Assembly (NCBI GenBank): GCA_028870995.1
Contig: JAGWOI010000007.1
Span: 20,337 to 84,336, forward strand
Length of the DNA stretch: 64,000 nucleotides
From: Candidatus Omnitrophota bacterium
GTDB taxonomy: Bacteria; Omnitrophota; Gorgyraeia; Zapsychrales; Fredricksoniimonadaceae
Direction of reading: 5' to 3'
The translations under genes and the position numbers were made by a program. This document shows, in pieces, positions 1 to 9,523 of the stretch. The number at the start of each line of letters is the position of its first letter. The first letter of the stretch is position 1. Below the pieces are notes generated by a model. That model was given only the letters and a program-made list of their open reading frames with translations. It made no database searches and was not told where the DNA came from.

Positions 1-613
1 CTTGCAGGGCGGCCTGGTCCAAATCGGCTTTTTCCTTCTCAAGTTCCACCTGCAGCGCGGCCTTCTGGCGTAAGACGGAAGCCCAATAATATTCACCCTT
101 TTGGGTGGTCACATCAGGAGCTGTTAAAGCGGAAAGATCCGGAGCGGCGGCCGTGGAGGCCGGAGCGGCGGCAGGAACCTTCACGGTACGGGTCCTGTAT
201 TTGTAAACGATCTTGACCGGCTGGTGCTTGAGCTTGTCCATCAGCTGATCGCGTTCCTTGCTGACGGTATCCGCCCTGTTTTTCCAGTCATCGCGGTCGG
301 AATTGGCTTGCTGCAGCTGCGCTGTGATATCGTCGGATTTTTGTTTCAGCTGGTCATACTGGCTTTGGAGCGAGGCCTTGTCCTGCTGGGCCTGGGTGAT
401 CTGTCCGCCGAGCTGATCTATCTTATCCTGCAGGGTCTTGGCCTGGGCGGTCATTCCTGCAATTTGATTTTGATCGTTATTAAATTCCTTGCGTAATGTC
501 TCGAATTGTCCCTGCAGTGTCTGTTTTTGCATTAAGGCCAGCACGGCGACGCCTGCGCTGATGACAACAAGCAGCCCTAAAATCCATACACTTACGCGCA
601 CTGCTATAGACAT
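1..613 (-). CDS. Partial (C-terminus off window) membrane-anchored Gln-rich coiled-coil protein; start ATG at 611-613
   Basis: Manual minus-strand translation gives MSIAVRVSVWILGLLVVISAGVAVLALMQKQ... followed by heptad-like Q/L/K-rich sequence. AAGGGGGAA SD 6 nt upstream. Not in ORF track because it runs off the window edge. Confidence 0.5.
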   Translation of the reverse strand, partial: MSIAVRVSVWILGLLVVISAGVAVLALMQKQTLQGQFETLRKEFNNDQNQIAGMTAQAKTLQDKIDQLGGQITQAQQDKASLQSQYDQLKQKSDDITAQLQQANSDRDDWKNRADTVSKERDQLMDKLKHQPVKIVYKYRTRTVKVPAAAPASTAAAPDLSALTAPDVTTQKGEYYWASVLRQKAALQVELEKEKADLDQAALQ

Positions 614-633
614 ATCGTTCCCCCTTAAAGGTA

Positions 634-661
634 TTTGTTATATTATACAAAATATAACAAA
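634..661. repeat. Perfect 11-6-11 AT-rich inverted repeat (TTTGTTATATT-ATACAA-AATATAACAAA)
   Basis: Direct reading of sequence. Lies between the stop of the 718..1338 gene and the start of the 1..613 gene. Confidence 0.5.
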
Positions 662-717
662 GCACGCGGCCCCTTACAAGGAAATTCAAAACAATTTTAT
701 CCCCTTGAAAAATATGT

Positions 718-1338
718 CTATTCGTAGCGGATGTTATCGAGGTAAAAAGTGCATGAGGTGGGGTTGTCGTCAACGTTGGCGATCCAGGCGAAGCCGCCGC
801 TGATGTAGCTTAAGTCCTTGTCGCGCAAATCGATCTCGTATTCCCGCCACTGATTGGTAAGGATGACCGGACCGATCGAGGCCGTGTCGGAATCGGGATA
901 ATCGCGGCCCTGGCCGATGCCGCCGATGCGGAATTCGGCGATCTTCTCACCGCCTTTCTCCCCCTTGGCCCAAAAGACCAGCTTCTTGGCGCCGGTGAGA
1001 TTATAACCGCCCTTGCGGTCGCCCCAATTGTCGGCGGGATTGAGCCAATAAATGCCGGCCCAATGACGGCCTTTGAGGGAACAGCCAATATCATAATCGA
1101 TCTTGATACAGCTCTTGCCGGACTGGCACCCTTGGGTCCAGGCATCGTTCATTTTAATGCATTGCCCGTCGGGCATGTAACCGGAAGGGGTGAAACGGTT
1201 GAGCGTGCCCTTGTCCTGGTACACGATAAAGGGCTTGAAGGATTTAGGGTTGTCCGCCTCCTGGGCATGAGCGCCGGCGGAAAACGACAAGAAAAATAAA
1301 AAGGTGACGGACACCTTTTTAAGAGTGCCCGTCACCAT
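718..1338 (-). CDS. Secreted hypothetical protein, beta-sandwich/CBM-like (start probably at internal Met giving the signal peptide MVTGTLKKVSVTFLFFLSFSAGAHA)
   Basis: Signal peptide plus C-terminal ...FWAKGEKGGEKIAEFRIGGIG...TFYLDNIRYE resembling carbohydrate-binding-module strands. Last gene of the glycan locus. Confidence 0.45.
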   Translation of the reverse strand: MVTGTLKKVSVTFLFFLSFSAGAHAQEADNPKSFKPFIVYQDKGTLNRFTPSGYMPDGQCIKMNDAWTQGCQSGKSCIKIDYDIGCSLKGRHWAGIYWLNPADNWGDRKGGYNLTGAKKLVFWAKGEKGGEKIAEFRIGGIGQGRDYPDSDTASIGPVILTNQWREYEIDLRDKDLSYISGGFAWIANVDDNPTSCTFYLDNIRYE

Positions 1339-1348
1339 AATGCCGCGG

Positions 1349-2341
1349 TTACACATTATCCAGTTCACCTAATTTCTGTTGGGCCGCTTCGGCAGGTTTC
1401 CAGAACCAGCCGGAGGGATCCCAGCATTGCGCGTAGAAAAACTCATTGATGACTCTCTTATACGCCTTGGCCGCATCGTCCTTCTTGCCGGCGTTTTGAT
1501 ACGCCTCGCCCAAAATGAATAACGCGGTCCCGACGTCGTTGAGGGCCCAGTAGCTGAAGGTCTTTTCCTTGGACTCCCAGGGATATTCCTTCAGAGAAGC
1601 CTGCATGTCCTTGGCCTTGGCGCCGTAGAGCTCGACGGTCTTGTTGACGTAAGCCTCAACACCTTTAAGGTCATTCGCCGCCAATGCCGCCCAAGCTTTC
1701 TGCACCAGGGTGCTGGACGAATAGTCGCCGAAGTCCCAATTGACGCCGGCCGCTATCATGTCCAATTTTTCCTGGGCCGCCTTGGCGGGTTTCCAGAACC
1801 AGCCCTTGGTGTCCCAGGCCTGGCCGAAGGAATAGTCCTTGATGACCTTGTTATAAGCTTCCTTGGCTTCGTCCTTCATATTGGCGGCACGGTAGGCCTC
1901 GCCTTGGATATAGTAGCAAGTCGCCACATCATTCAGGGCCCAATATTTAAAAATTTCATCGTTGCTGCCGGTGGCGTAATCCTTCAGGCCAGCCTGCATC
2001 TTGGCCGCTTGGGCCGCGTAAAGCGAGATGCATTTGTTGGTGTACGCCAAAACCGCCTCGATATCGTTTTGGGCCAAGGCATTCCAGGCCTTGGTCGTCA
2101 GTGTCGAAGAACGGTAATCGCCGAAATTGATCGGGGCTTTGGGGGCTGCGGCAGGCGCAGCAGCTGCAGCAGGTGCGGCAGGAACCGCGGCCGGTTGTGC
2201 AGCCGCGCCTTGGGGCACCGGTACCGGCTGGGCCTCAGAGGCCATTTTGGCAGCACTAACGGCCGCCTGATCATCCGCGAAGACGCTCCCTGCGGTCGTG
2301 ACCAAGGTTACAACAAAAAACAATCCTAACCATTTTCTCAT
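1349..2341 (-). CDS. Secreted protein with Ala/Pro-rich linker and two tandem ~140-aa TPR-like repeats
   Basis: Signal peptide MRKWLGLFFVVTLVTTAGSVFA. Internal duplication: repeat 1 ends ...AWDTKGWFWKPAKAAQEKL and repeat 2 ends ...CWDPSGWFWKPAEAAQQKL. Confidence 0.6.
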   Translation of the reverse strand: MRKWLGLFFVVTLVTTAGSVFADDQAAVSAAKMASEAQPVPVPQGAAAQPAAVPAAPAAAAAPAAAPKAPINFGDYRSSTLTTKAWNALAQNDIEAVLAYTNKCISLYAAQAAKMQAGLKDYATGSNDEIFKYWALNDVATCYYIQGEAYRAANMKDEAKEAYNKVIKDYSFGQAWDTKGWFWKPAKAAQEKLDMIAAGVNWDFGDYSSSTLVQKAWAALAANDLKGVEAYVNKTVELYGAKAKDMQASLKEYPWESKEKTFSYWALNDVGTALFILGEAYQNAGKKDDAAKAYKRVINEFFYAQCWDPSGWFWKPAEAAQQKLGELDNV

Positions 2342-2430
2342 GCCACTCCTCCTTAAGTTACACTTCCCACGGAATTATGGGGTTGCTTGATAAAAGCTGG
2401 GGCTTTCCTTTAATTTTGGATGCTCTGCCT

Positions 2431-4731
2431 CTATGAGTTCCAAAGCTTCTTATAAGTATAATACACTTTCCTGGGTTCGCGCAAGTAAGGCGATTGGGAG
2501 CCGTTGCCCTGGCCGAAAATGCCGAACCATTCTTCATAATAAAAGCCTGCCGGGAAGGGACCGACCACGTCCGCCTTGGTGTCGTGAACGGCCGGCGAAT
2601 AATCCTTCCACCATTCATCAAGCCATTCAAAAGCCATTCCGCCGACGGCATTTCCGGAGCCGTCTTTATAGCCCGCGCTGTTATAAAGGATATCCAGCCA
2701 ATTGCCCTTGTGATAATCCGCCTGGGCCTGCTGGGCCTCCTGGTAACTCATGCTGGAACCGCCGAAACCCGGGGCGCCGTATTCCGTAATGAAAGCGGGC
2801 TTGCCGGAAAGCTGGGCGACCTCGTCCCAAAAAGAGCCGAAACCATAATCCCCGCGGTAGACGTTGGCGCCGAAGGCGTCCACATCCTTGTCGTACTTTG
2901 CGAATTTATCCAGGAACAGGGTGTCGCCATTGCAGATGGCCACGGGGTGGTTGGGGTCGATGGATTTGATCATCTTGGCCACCTTATTGACGAACTTATA
3001 ATACGCGTCGGGATTCTTGTTCGCATTGGAAGCCACCCCATAATTGTTTTCGTTGCCCAGGATCCACATCAGGATATACGGCTCGTCCTTGAATTCCATC
3101 ACCATTTGGCGGACATAATTGAGCATGTTCTGCTGCTGAATGGGGTTCGAGTAATCGGTGCCCTGCGACCAGCTGGCGCCGGAACCGATGGCATACTTGC
3201 CCAGGAAATTGCTCATGGCCACCTTTAAACCGTATTTTTTATACATCTTTTCCAGGAACGGCTTGTCGGCCTTCATGGTGGCCTGGTAATAGATGCGCAG
3301 GGTATTGACGCCCATCTCCTTCATCAAGGCAAGGTCGCCCACGACGGGTTCGTCAGGGTCCCGTTTATTGTTGCCGTTCTTGTCCACCCAGGCCTGGTAA
3401 GGCGCATCGATCTTGCCGTCGTGGTCATCGTCTTCCTGCATCCAGTCGACCATGGTGCCGTCATCCGGGCTTTGACCGACCTTGGTTGGCATATAGGACA
3501 TGCCCTTGATCATGAACGGCTTGTTGTCGACGAGTAATTGCCAATGGCCGCTCGAATATTTGACGAAACGCACCTCGCCCTGGCCAGAATAATAAACCGG
3601 CTGCCCCAGCGGAATTTTTTCAGGTTCCGGATTCGTTTTTTGCCGGGCTATCTCCGCCGGGGTCAATTGGCGCAAGGTCCCCGGCCAGGTGATGGTGACG
3701 TACTTGTGCGCGTTATCCGGATACAGGATGCGTATGCGGCAACCGTCGAGGGCCAGATGCAATTCCGGATGAACGCGGATCAAATATTTGATCTTATAAA
3801 CCGCCGCCTGCGCCGGATACCACGGCGTCTGCCAGTATGTCCAGGCCAGCGTCGATGGGAAATTGACGATCAGCGAATCGTAGGCCTTGATTGCCTGCAG
3901 GTACATCTTGGCCTTTTCGAAGGTCTGGCCTATATAGAAAAGTTTGACGCCCCAATTCTCAGGCGAGGTAAACCACTTATAAAAAGCCGCCTGGAGATCA
4001 GGGGTATCGGTAAAGTCCCACGGGGTCCCATTCAGGCGGCATTCCTTCAGCGCCTTTTTATAGCCGGGATCCTTGTAGAGGTCCATAATATTAGGGTAGA
4101 TACCTTCCCCCAGAGCCGCCAGCAGCCCGGGGCGGTCCGTGATTTCGTAATGGTAATTTTCCGTGCCGACATTCAAGAATTTCCCGTATTTGGTCCAGTC
4201 CACAACTCTTTTGCCGGGGAATTTAAGCACCGGGACCGTCTTGGGGGCCAGCTTTCGGTGGGTCTCTTCATTCGAGGGGGTCTTGCCTTCCATCTCCTCG
4301 ATGGAGTCCTTGGACTTCTCCGCGATGGACCAATAGGCGCCGCGGCTGGGGTCGAAGCTTTGGGCCCAGGGGTATTGTTCGATGATCTCCTTAAATTCCT
4401 TGGTGGCCTCGGCATTATTGCCGTGGCGCTTCAAGGCTTCAGCCTTGATGAACAGGACCGTGGCCACATCGGACATGATCTTGTAATTGTCAAACTCGTC
4501 GCGCCGGGGAAAGCCGCTTAATTGAGAGGCCAAAAGGCGGGCTTCCCGCCCGTAGTGTTGAAGCATTTCATCGGTCAGCGCGTCAATGCCCTTTAAGTCG
4601 TCCTTATTGGATGCGGCCCAGGCCAGGCGCACGATGTCATCGGCTGCATGCGCCGCCGGGACGGATTTGGCTTGAGCAAGAGAAAAGGCCGCCGGCATAC
4701 AAAACAACACCACCATGAGAGTTTTTCGCAT
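2431..4731 (-). CDS. Secreted glycoside hydrolase, GH2-like (clan GH-A TIM barrel) with N-terminal TPR-like module
   Basis: Signal peptide. Motifs VDNKPFMIKGMSY and DLALMKEMGVNTLRIY match the LacZ NGKPLLIRG and DILLMKQNNFNAVR regions. Acid/base region WILGNENNYG and nucleophile region FITEYGAPG match E. coli GUS IITEYG. Start overlaps the permease stop (TAATG). Confidence 0.6.
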   Translation of the reverse strand: MRKTLMVVLFCMPAAFSLAQAKSVPAAHAADDIVRLAWAASNKDDLKGIDALTDEMLQHYGREARLLASQLSGFPRRDEFDNYKIMSDVATVLFIKAEALKRHGNNAEATKEFKEIIEQYPWAQSFDPSRGAYWSIAEKSKDSIEEMEGKTPSNEETHRKLAPKTVPVLKFPGKRVVDWTKYGKFLNVGTENYHYEITDRPGLLAALGEGIYPNIMDLYKDPGYKKALKECRLNGTPWDFTDTPDLQAAFYKWFTSPENWGVKLFYIGQTFEKAKMYLQAIKAYDSLIVNFPSTLAWTYWQTPWYPAQAAVYKIKYLIRVHPELHLALDGCRIRILYPDNAHKYVTITWPGTLRQLTPAEIARQKTNPEPEKIPLGQPVYYSGQGEVRFVKYSSGHWQLLVDNKPFMIKGMSYMPTKVGQSPDDGTMVDWMQEDDDHDGKIDAPYQAWVDKNGNNKRDPDEPVVGDLALMKEMGVNTLRIYYQATMKADKPFLEKMYKKYGLKVAMSNFLGKYAIGSGASWSQGTDYSNPIQQQNMLNYVRQMVMEFKDEPYILMWILGNENNYGVASNANKNPDAYYKFVNKVAKMIKSIDPNHPVAICNGDTLFLDKFAKYDKDVDAFGANVYRGDYGFGSFWDEVAQLSGKPAFITEYGAPGFGGSSMSYQEAQQAQADYHKGNWLDILYNSAGYKDGSGNAVGGMAFEWLDEWWKDYSPAVHDTKADVVGPFPAGFYYEEWFGIFGQGNGSQSPYLREPRKVYYTYKKLWNS

Positions 4732-5570
4732 TATCCCACAACCTCCCCGGAAAGTCCTTTAACGATGTATTTTTGCATAAACAAGTATATAACAATAATG
4801 GGTACCGCGGCCATGGTCAGGCCCGCCATCAGCACGGGATAATCCGTGCTGTGGGCGCCCTGAAAGATGATAAGCCCGCGCTGCAGCGGCATCAATTTGG
4901 AATCTTCCAACAACAGGGTGGCGAGAATGTACTCGTTCCAGACGTTCAGCGAATTAAAGATGACGATGACGGCGATGGCCGGCCGCGCGAAAGGCAGGGC
5001 CATGTTCCACCAGATGCCGAGCTTGGTGCAGCCGTCGATACGGGCGGCATCTTCCAGCTCATGAGGCATCTTGTCGAAAAAGGTTTTAAGAATAAGGATG
5101 CTCATGGATAAGCCCACGTTGATCATGCATAGGATATAGCCCAGGCGCGTATTGACCAGATGCAGCTTGGTCATGAGCACAAATAAGGCCACGAAAGATC
5201 CCGGCAACGGGATCATCATGGCGGCCACGAACAGATAAAAGATGATATTTTTACCCGGAAAATTCAGCCGCGAGAAAGAAAAGGCCGCCAAGGACGCAAT
5301 GATGACGATGCCCGTCACCACACAGGCGGTATAGATAACGCTGTTGAGGAAATAGATGCCGAAACTGCCCTGGGTCCAGGCCTTGACGAAATTGTTGAAA
5401 TCAAGATGATGCGGTATCAGGGACTGGTCGACGAAGATGGTCTGGTTGGTCATGAAGGCACAGCGCACCATCCAAAAAATGGGGAACAGGCAGGTGACGG
5501 CAACACTCATCAAAAAGATATGGATGATTGTTGAGCGGGCCGACCTGAACAAAACATACTTGTTTATCAT
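4731..5570 (-). CDS. Carbohydrate ABC transporter permease (MalG-like)
   Basis: 6-TM permease with EAA loop EDAARIDGCTKLGIWWNMALPFARP. Confidence 0.85.
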   Translation of the reverse strand: MINKYVLFRSARSTIIHIFLMSVAVTCLFPIFWMVRCAFMTNQTIFVDQSLIPHHLDFNNFVKAWTQGSFGIYFLNSVIYTACVVTGIVIIASLAAFSFSRLNFPGKNIIFYLFVAAMMIPLPGSFVALFVLMTKLHLVNTRLGYILCMINVGLSMSILILKTFFDKMPHELEDAARIDGCTKLGIWWNMALPFARPAIAVIVIFNSLNVWNEYILATLLLEDSKLMPLQRGLIIFQGAHSTDYPVLMAGLTMAAVPIIVIYLFMQKYIVKGLSGEVVG

Positions 5571-6481
5571 GCGTGCTTGACCTTGTCCGATAATTTTTTC
5601 GTAATAAAGGAAATGCAGACCAAAATCATCCCAAAGATGACCGCCTCGGCGCAGGCATAGCCGAACTGGTTGGTGTTCTGCATGGCTGAGAAGATACGCG
5701 TCACGGGCACGTCTGTATAATTGACCAGGCCTTCGTTGACCATGGCCAAAATCAGCACGAAGACCTGCATGCAGCCTAAAATCGTCAGGATCATCACCAC
5801 CAGGATGACCGGCAGCATCATCGGCACAGTGACGTTGGTAAAGGTCTTCCAGGTACCTGCCCCGTCGATCTTGGCTGCTTCGTACAATTGCTTGTCGATG
5901 GTCTGCAAGCCCGCCAGCATGATGATGAATCCCCAGCCGAAACCTTTCCAGCTGTTGACGATGGCGATGGTGCTCAAGGCGGTCGCGGGGTCGGCCAGCC
6001 AGTCATGCACCATTTGCGGAAAGCCGCTGGCATACAACAGGTGGTTGAGCAGCCCGATATACTGCCCGTTTTGCGTCTCGGGATTCAAGATCCAGTTCCA
6101 GATAAGACCGACCACCACTTCCGAAAGCACCGGAGGTATAAAGAAAACCACCCGGTAAAAGCGTTTCAAGCGGATCTCGCGGTCGCAGGCCATGGCCAGA
6201 AAGAAGGCCAGGGCGTTTTGAAAGGTCAGAGCGATCAGGGTGATATAGCCGGCGTGCCAGATGGAATTCCACCAGAGATGGTCGTGCATCAATTCCTGGT
6301 AATTGGAAAGCCCGATGAAATGCATGGGACCGATGCCTCTCCAATCATAAAAGGAGAGATTGATCATTTTATAGAACGGATAGATATAGAAAATGCAGAA
6401 AATGGCAAAGGCCGGCAGAACAAATAAGAAATTCTGAAAATTGTTTTTGAGCGCCAGGGCGCCATTACTCTTTAGTTTCAT
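5567..6481 (-). CDS. Carbohydrate ABC transporter permease (MalF-like)
   Basis: EAA loop YEAAKIDGAGTWKTFTNVTVPMMLP. 4-nt overlap with downstream permease. Confidence 0.85.
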   Translation of the reverse strand: MKLKSNGALALKNNFQNFLFVLPAFAIFCIFYIYPFYKMINLSFYDWRGIGPMHFIGLSNYQELMHDHLWWNSIWHAGYITLIALTFQNALAFFLAMACDREIRLKRFYRVVFFIPPVLSEVVVGLIWNWILNPETQNGQYIGLLNHLLYASGFPQMVHDWLADPATALSTIAIVNSWKGFGWGFIIMLAGLQTIDKQLYEAAKIDGAGTWKTFTNVTVPMMLPVILVVMILTILGCMQVFVLILAMVNEGLVNYTDVPVTRIFSAMQNTNQFGYACAEAVIFGMILVCISFITKKLSDKVKHA

Positions 6482-7770
6482 CGGCGACGGTTGTGTTTAG
6501 CCATCTGTTGGTCTTTCACCTTTTGGACTTCTTGGGCCACCTGCTCCGGCGTTTTATCACCGATAAGGATGGCCTGCAAACCGCGGTCAAATGCTTCACT
6601 GACCGTCGGATCTTCGTTCAGCGGCCAAATATTGGGATGCGTGGACTCCTCCATCCCTTTGGAAAAATCCCTTAAGATCGGCGATACGGCGACCGTGGCC
6701 TGGCGGTTGGAAGGCAGGTTGTTGGTCTCACGGGCCAGCACCTCCTGCTGCTTCTCGGAGGTCAGCCATTTCAAAAAGGCGATGGCTTTATCTTTATTAG
6801 GCGACTGGGCGTTGACCACAAAGGTGGACCCGGCGCTGCCCCAGATCTTCAGGGGATAGGCGTTTGAAATGGGCGGCGGCGGGATGACACCGTAATCCAG
6901 CTTAGGATTCATTTCTTTATACACATTGACGCACCAGGAACCATTGAAGGCAAAGGCCGCGCGTTCAAGGGCGAAATCCTGCTCGGCGTACTTGTTGCCT
7001 TTGGTCACGATACCGTTCATCAGCACGCCATTCTTGTAAAGTTGGGCGAAAACACCGAAGACCTTGAGCCAATCGGGGTCCGTGTATTTGACCTTGCCGC
7101 GGAAGGTATCGAAGACCTTTTGCTCGCCCATGATATTAAACGCGTAATTGGACGCAAAACAATCCAAAAGCCACAATTCCCCCCATCCGGCCACAAAGGG
7201 TGTTATCCCCACGCGCCGCAGGAGATGGGCATCCTTAAGGAAGTCGTCGAAGGTTTGGGGAGGGTTTTTGATCCCGGCCTTGGCCAGCAGTTTCTTATTG
7301 TAAAGCATCTGCTCATTGGTCACGTCGATGGGAACGCCGTAAATGCCGGGCTTGATGCCGTAACTGTTGCCGGGATCAAAGCTCTTGTCGGCCAGGGCCT
7401 TTGCATAAAGGCTGTTTTTCCAAACCCCGCCGCCCGCCTCCATGTCCGGCGTAAGATCGGTGACGAGCCCGGCCTTGATGAAATCCGCCACGATGGATTT
7501 TTTATCGAGGATGCCGTAAATGTCGGGCAGGACATTGGCCTGGGCGGCGGCGATGACTTTCTGGGAATAGGATTCTGACGGGGCAAATAACTGGACGGCG
7601 ACTTCGATGCCGGTTTTTTCTTTGTATTCCTGGGCTAATTTCTGGAGGGTGTCCTGCCTGTCCGTCATCCAGTGCCACAAAATGAGCTTGTTGCTGGGCT
7701 GGGGCGGTTGAGAACAGCCGGCAAGGCAAGCCAACACGAGGCAGCAACAAACAGAAGCCAATCGGCGCAT
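6478..7770 (-). CDS. ABC transporter extracellular solute-binding lipoprotein (family 1, sugar)
   Basis: Lipobox MRRLASVCCCLVLACLAGCSQ. Overall SBP_bac_1-like sequence. First gene of the ABC operon. The ORF track extends to 7800. Confidence 0.8.
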   Translation of the reverse strand: MRRLASVCCCLVLACLAGCSQPPQPSNKLILWHWMTDRQDTLQKLAQEYKEKTGIEVAVQLFAPSESYSQKVIAAAQANVLPDIYGILDKKSIVADFIKAGLVTDLTPDMEAGGGVWKNSLYAKALADKSFDPGNSYGIKPGIYGVPIDVTNEQMLYNKKLLAKAGIKNPPQTFDDFLKDAHLLRRVGITPFVAGWGELWLLDCFASNYAFNIMGEQKVFDTFRGKVKYTDPDWLKVFGVFAQLYKNGVLMNGIVTKGNKYAEQDFALERAAFAFNGSWCVNVYKEMNPKLDYGVIPPPPISNAYPLKIWGSAGSTFVVNAQSPNKDKAIAFLKWLTSEKQQEVLARETNNLPSNRQATVAVSPILRDFSKGMEESTHPNIWPLNEDPTVSEAFDRGLQAILIGDKTPEQVAQEVQKVKDQQMAKHNRRR

Positions 7771-8002
7771 CCTTAAATCCCCCCCTTCCACAAATTCCAC
7801 GCACTTTCCACTGATTCTACGTGCCGATTCCTTAAAGCTTTTAGAAAAACGGCTAAGAAGCGTTGAATGAAAAATTACGGCGAAAACATATAAAACGAAA
7901 GTAAAAATTTAACATAGACGAAGACGGTTCGTCAAATAAAAAATACCGGCGGCACCGAAGGTAAGGGTCTTTAAAGCAGAGGTCTGGGGGGCTAAAGCTT
8001 TT

Positions 8003-9433
8003 TCAAGCTTTTCCTCGTCTTTCTTCCAGTTGCCGGCGTATATCATAGGCTTTGTCTTCGGTAATGTCAAAAGTCAGGATGAAATACAGCGCGATCAACG
8101 AAGCCGCGATCGGAATGCCGATATCGCAAAGCCGCATGTACAACAAGGTGTGCGCCGTCTGGTGCCCGTGCAGCGATTCCTTGAAACCGGTCCAGTTCAA
8201 CAGGAAGCCGGAAAGCAGGGAGGCTGCGGCCTGGCCCAATTTGATCATCCACCAATAAATGGCGCCGAAAATCCCCTCCCGCCGGGTGCCGGTTTGAAGC
8301 TCGTCGAGGTCGCAGACATCCGCCAGCATGGAAGTGACGATGGTAAAAAGCGAACCCAGGCTGAAGGCGATGAAAGGGGCGGCGATCAGCAGCAAATACG
8401 GGTGGTGCGGATTGTACCCCCACCATTTTAAGGCATAGCCGACAATGGAAATGGGAATGGTGATGAGCAGGGTGTTGCGCTTGCCTAGTTTGGTGGCGAT
8501 CCAGGTGATCAGGGGGAAAACGATAAAGAAGCTGAAGAGCGACGAGGCCGTCCCGTTCCATCCGAGCAAGGCCCCTCCTTTGCCGTAATCCCCGGCATAA
8601 TCATAAAAAAAGATATTGTAGGCCACAAAAGAGGACGCCAGCATGAAACCGTTAAAAATAAGAAAGGTGATGATGCACAGCTGGACAAAGGGGCGGTTCT
8701 TCAAAGCGATGGCGCAGCCCCCGAAGAAATCCTTGACCACTTCGCGCAGGTTCTTTTTCTGGGGCTTTGACAAATGAGTGAAATATTCCTTGTTAAAAAC
8801 AGCCGGCAGGATGCCGCCCACCAGGATGAAGGCGCCGAAGATGAACGCCAGGGTGCGCACCCCGTGGACAAGGTCCTTGTCGCCGGAATACATGAAGGAA
8901 AACAGCCAGGGCGCCACGACCCAGGCGATCTGTCCGACCGTGTTGCCCCACCCCTGCAGGCGCGTGCGCTCGTGATAATCCGGCGTCATTTCAAAACCCA
9001 ACGCCACAAAGGGAATCGCAAAAAAGGCAAAAGCCACCACATAAAGGCACTGGATCACCAGGAAATACCAAAAATTATAGGTGGTGCTGTGCTCTTTATA
9101 GAGCTGGAACAAGAGGACGAATAATATGCCCGCCATGACGGCACCGAATAACATGAAGGGCCGGCGGCGGCCGTACTTGGTGCGTGTGTTATCGGAGGTA
9201 TAGCCGATCAGGGGATCAGTGAAGGCATCGATCAGCCGGGGCACGGTGCCGACGATCCCCACCAGCGCCGGATCCATCCCCAACCCGAGGTTCAAGACCA
9301 GGACCATGGCCGTCAGGGCGGCCGCCTGCATCTGGTTGACGAGCCAGCCGATACTGAAAATCACTTTTTGAAAAAGGGGGATACGGTCTTGACGGGCGGT
9401 AACGTGGTGGGAATGCTCGACGACTTCGTCCAT
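8003..9433 (-). CDS. MFS transporter, glycoside-pentoside-hexuronide (GPH):cation symporter family
   Basis: 12-TM profile. Loop GYTSDNTRTKYGRRRPFMLFGAV is typical of the GPH/MelB family. AAGGAG SD. Confidence 0.8.
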   Translation of the reverse strand: MDEVVEHSHHVTARQDRIPLFQKVIFSIGWLVNQMQAAALTAMVLVLNLGLGMDPALVGIVGTVPRLIDAFTDPLIGYTSDNTRTKYGRRRPFMLFGAVMAGILFVLLFQLYKEHSTTYNFWYFLVIQCLYVVAFAFFAIPFVALGFEMTPDYHERTRLQGWGNTVGQIAWVVAPWLFSFMYSGDKDLVHGVRTLAFIFGAFILVGGILPAVFNKEYFTHLSKPQKKNLREVVKDFFGGCAIALKNRPFVQLCIITFLIFNGFMLASSFVAYNIFFYDYAGDYGKGGALLGWNGTASSLFSFFIVFPLITWIATKLGKRNTLLITIPISIVGYALKWWGYNPHHPYLLLIAAPFIAFSLGSLFTIVTSMLADVCDLDELQTGTRREGIFGAIYWWMIKLGQAAASLLSGFLLNWTGFKESLHGHQTAHTLLYMRLCDIGIPIAASLIALYFILTFDITEDKAYDIRRQLEERRGKA

Positions 9434-9474
9434 TAATTCTCCTTAAAATTAACACCGGCAAATTAGAAGGTAGG

Positions 9475-9503
9475 ATTATAACAAACTCATCCCCTATATA
9501 CAA
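9475..9503 (-). promoter_or_regulatory. Sigma70-type promoter for the MFS gene (-35 TTGTAT, 17-nt spacer, extended -10 TGTTATAAT)
   Basis: Reverse complement of 9475-9503 reads TTGTAT-ataggggatgagtttgt-TATAAT, about 40 nt upstream of the ATG at 9433. Confidence 0.45.
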
Positions 9504-9523
9504 TAAGTAATAATACCGAAGAA

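Noticed and set aside
224-496. 90-aa plus-strand ORF in the first 600 bp
   Set aside because: Antisense to the better-supported minus-strand coiled-coil gene. Leu/Gly-rich low complexity.
3538-4521. 327-aa plus-strand ORF antisense to the GH2-like gene
   Set aside because: Arg/Pro/Gly-rich antisense artefact. The minus frame carries glycosidase motifs.
7938-7963. Irregular hairpin plus T-run downstream of the MFS gene
   Set aside because: The stem is only 3-4 bp with several alternatives. Too weak to call a terminator.
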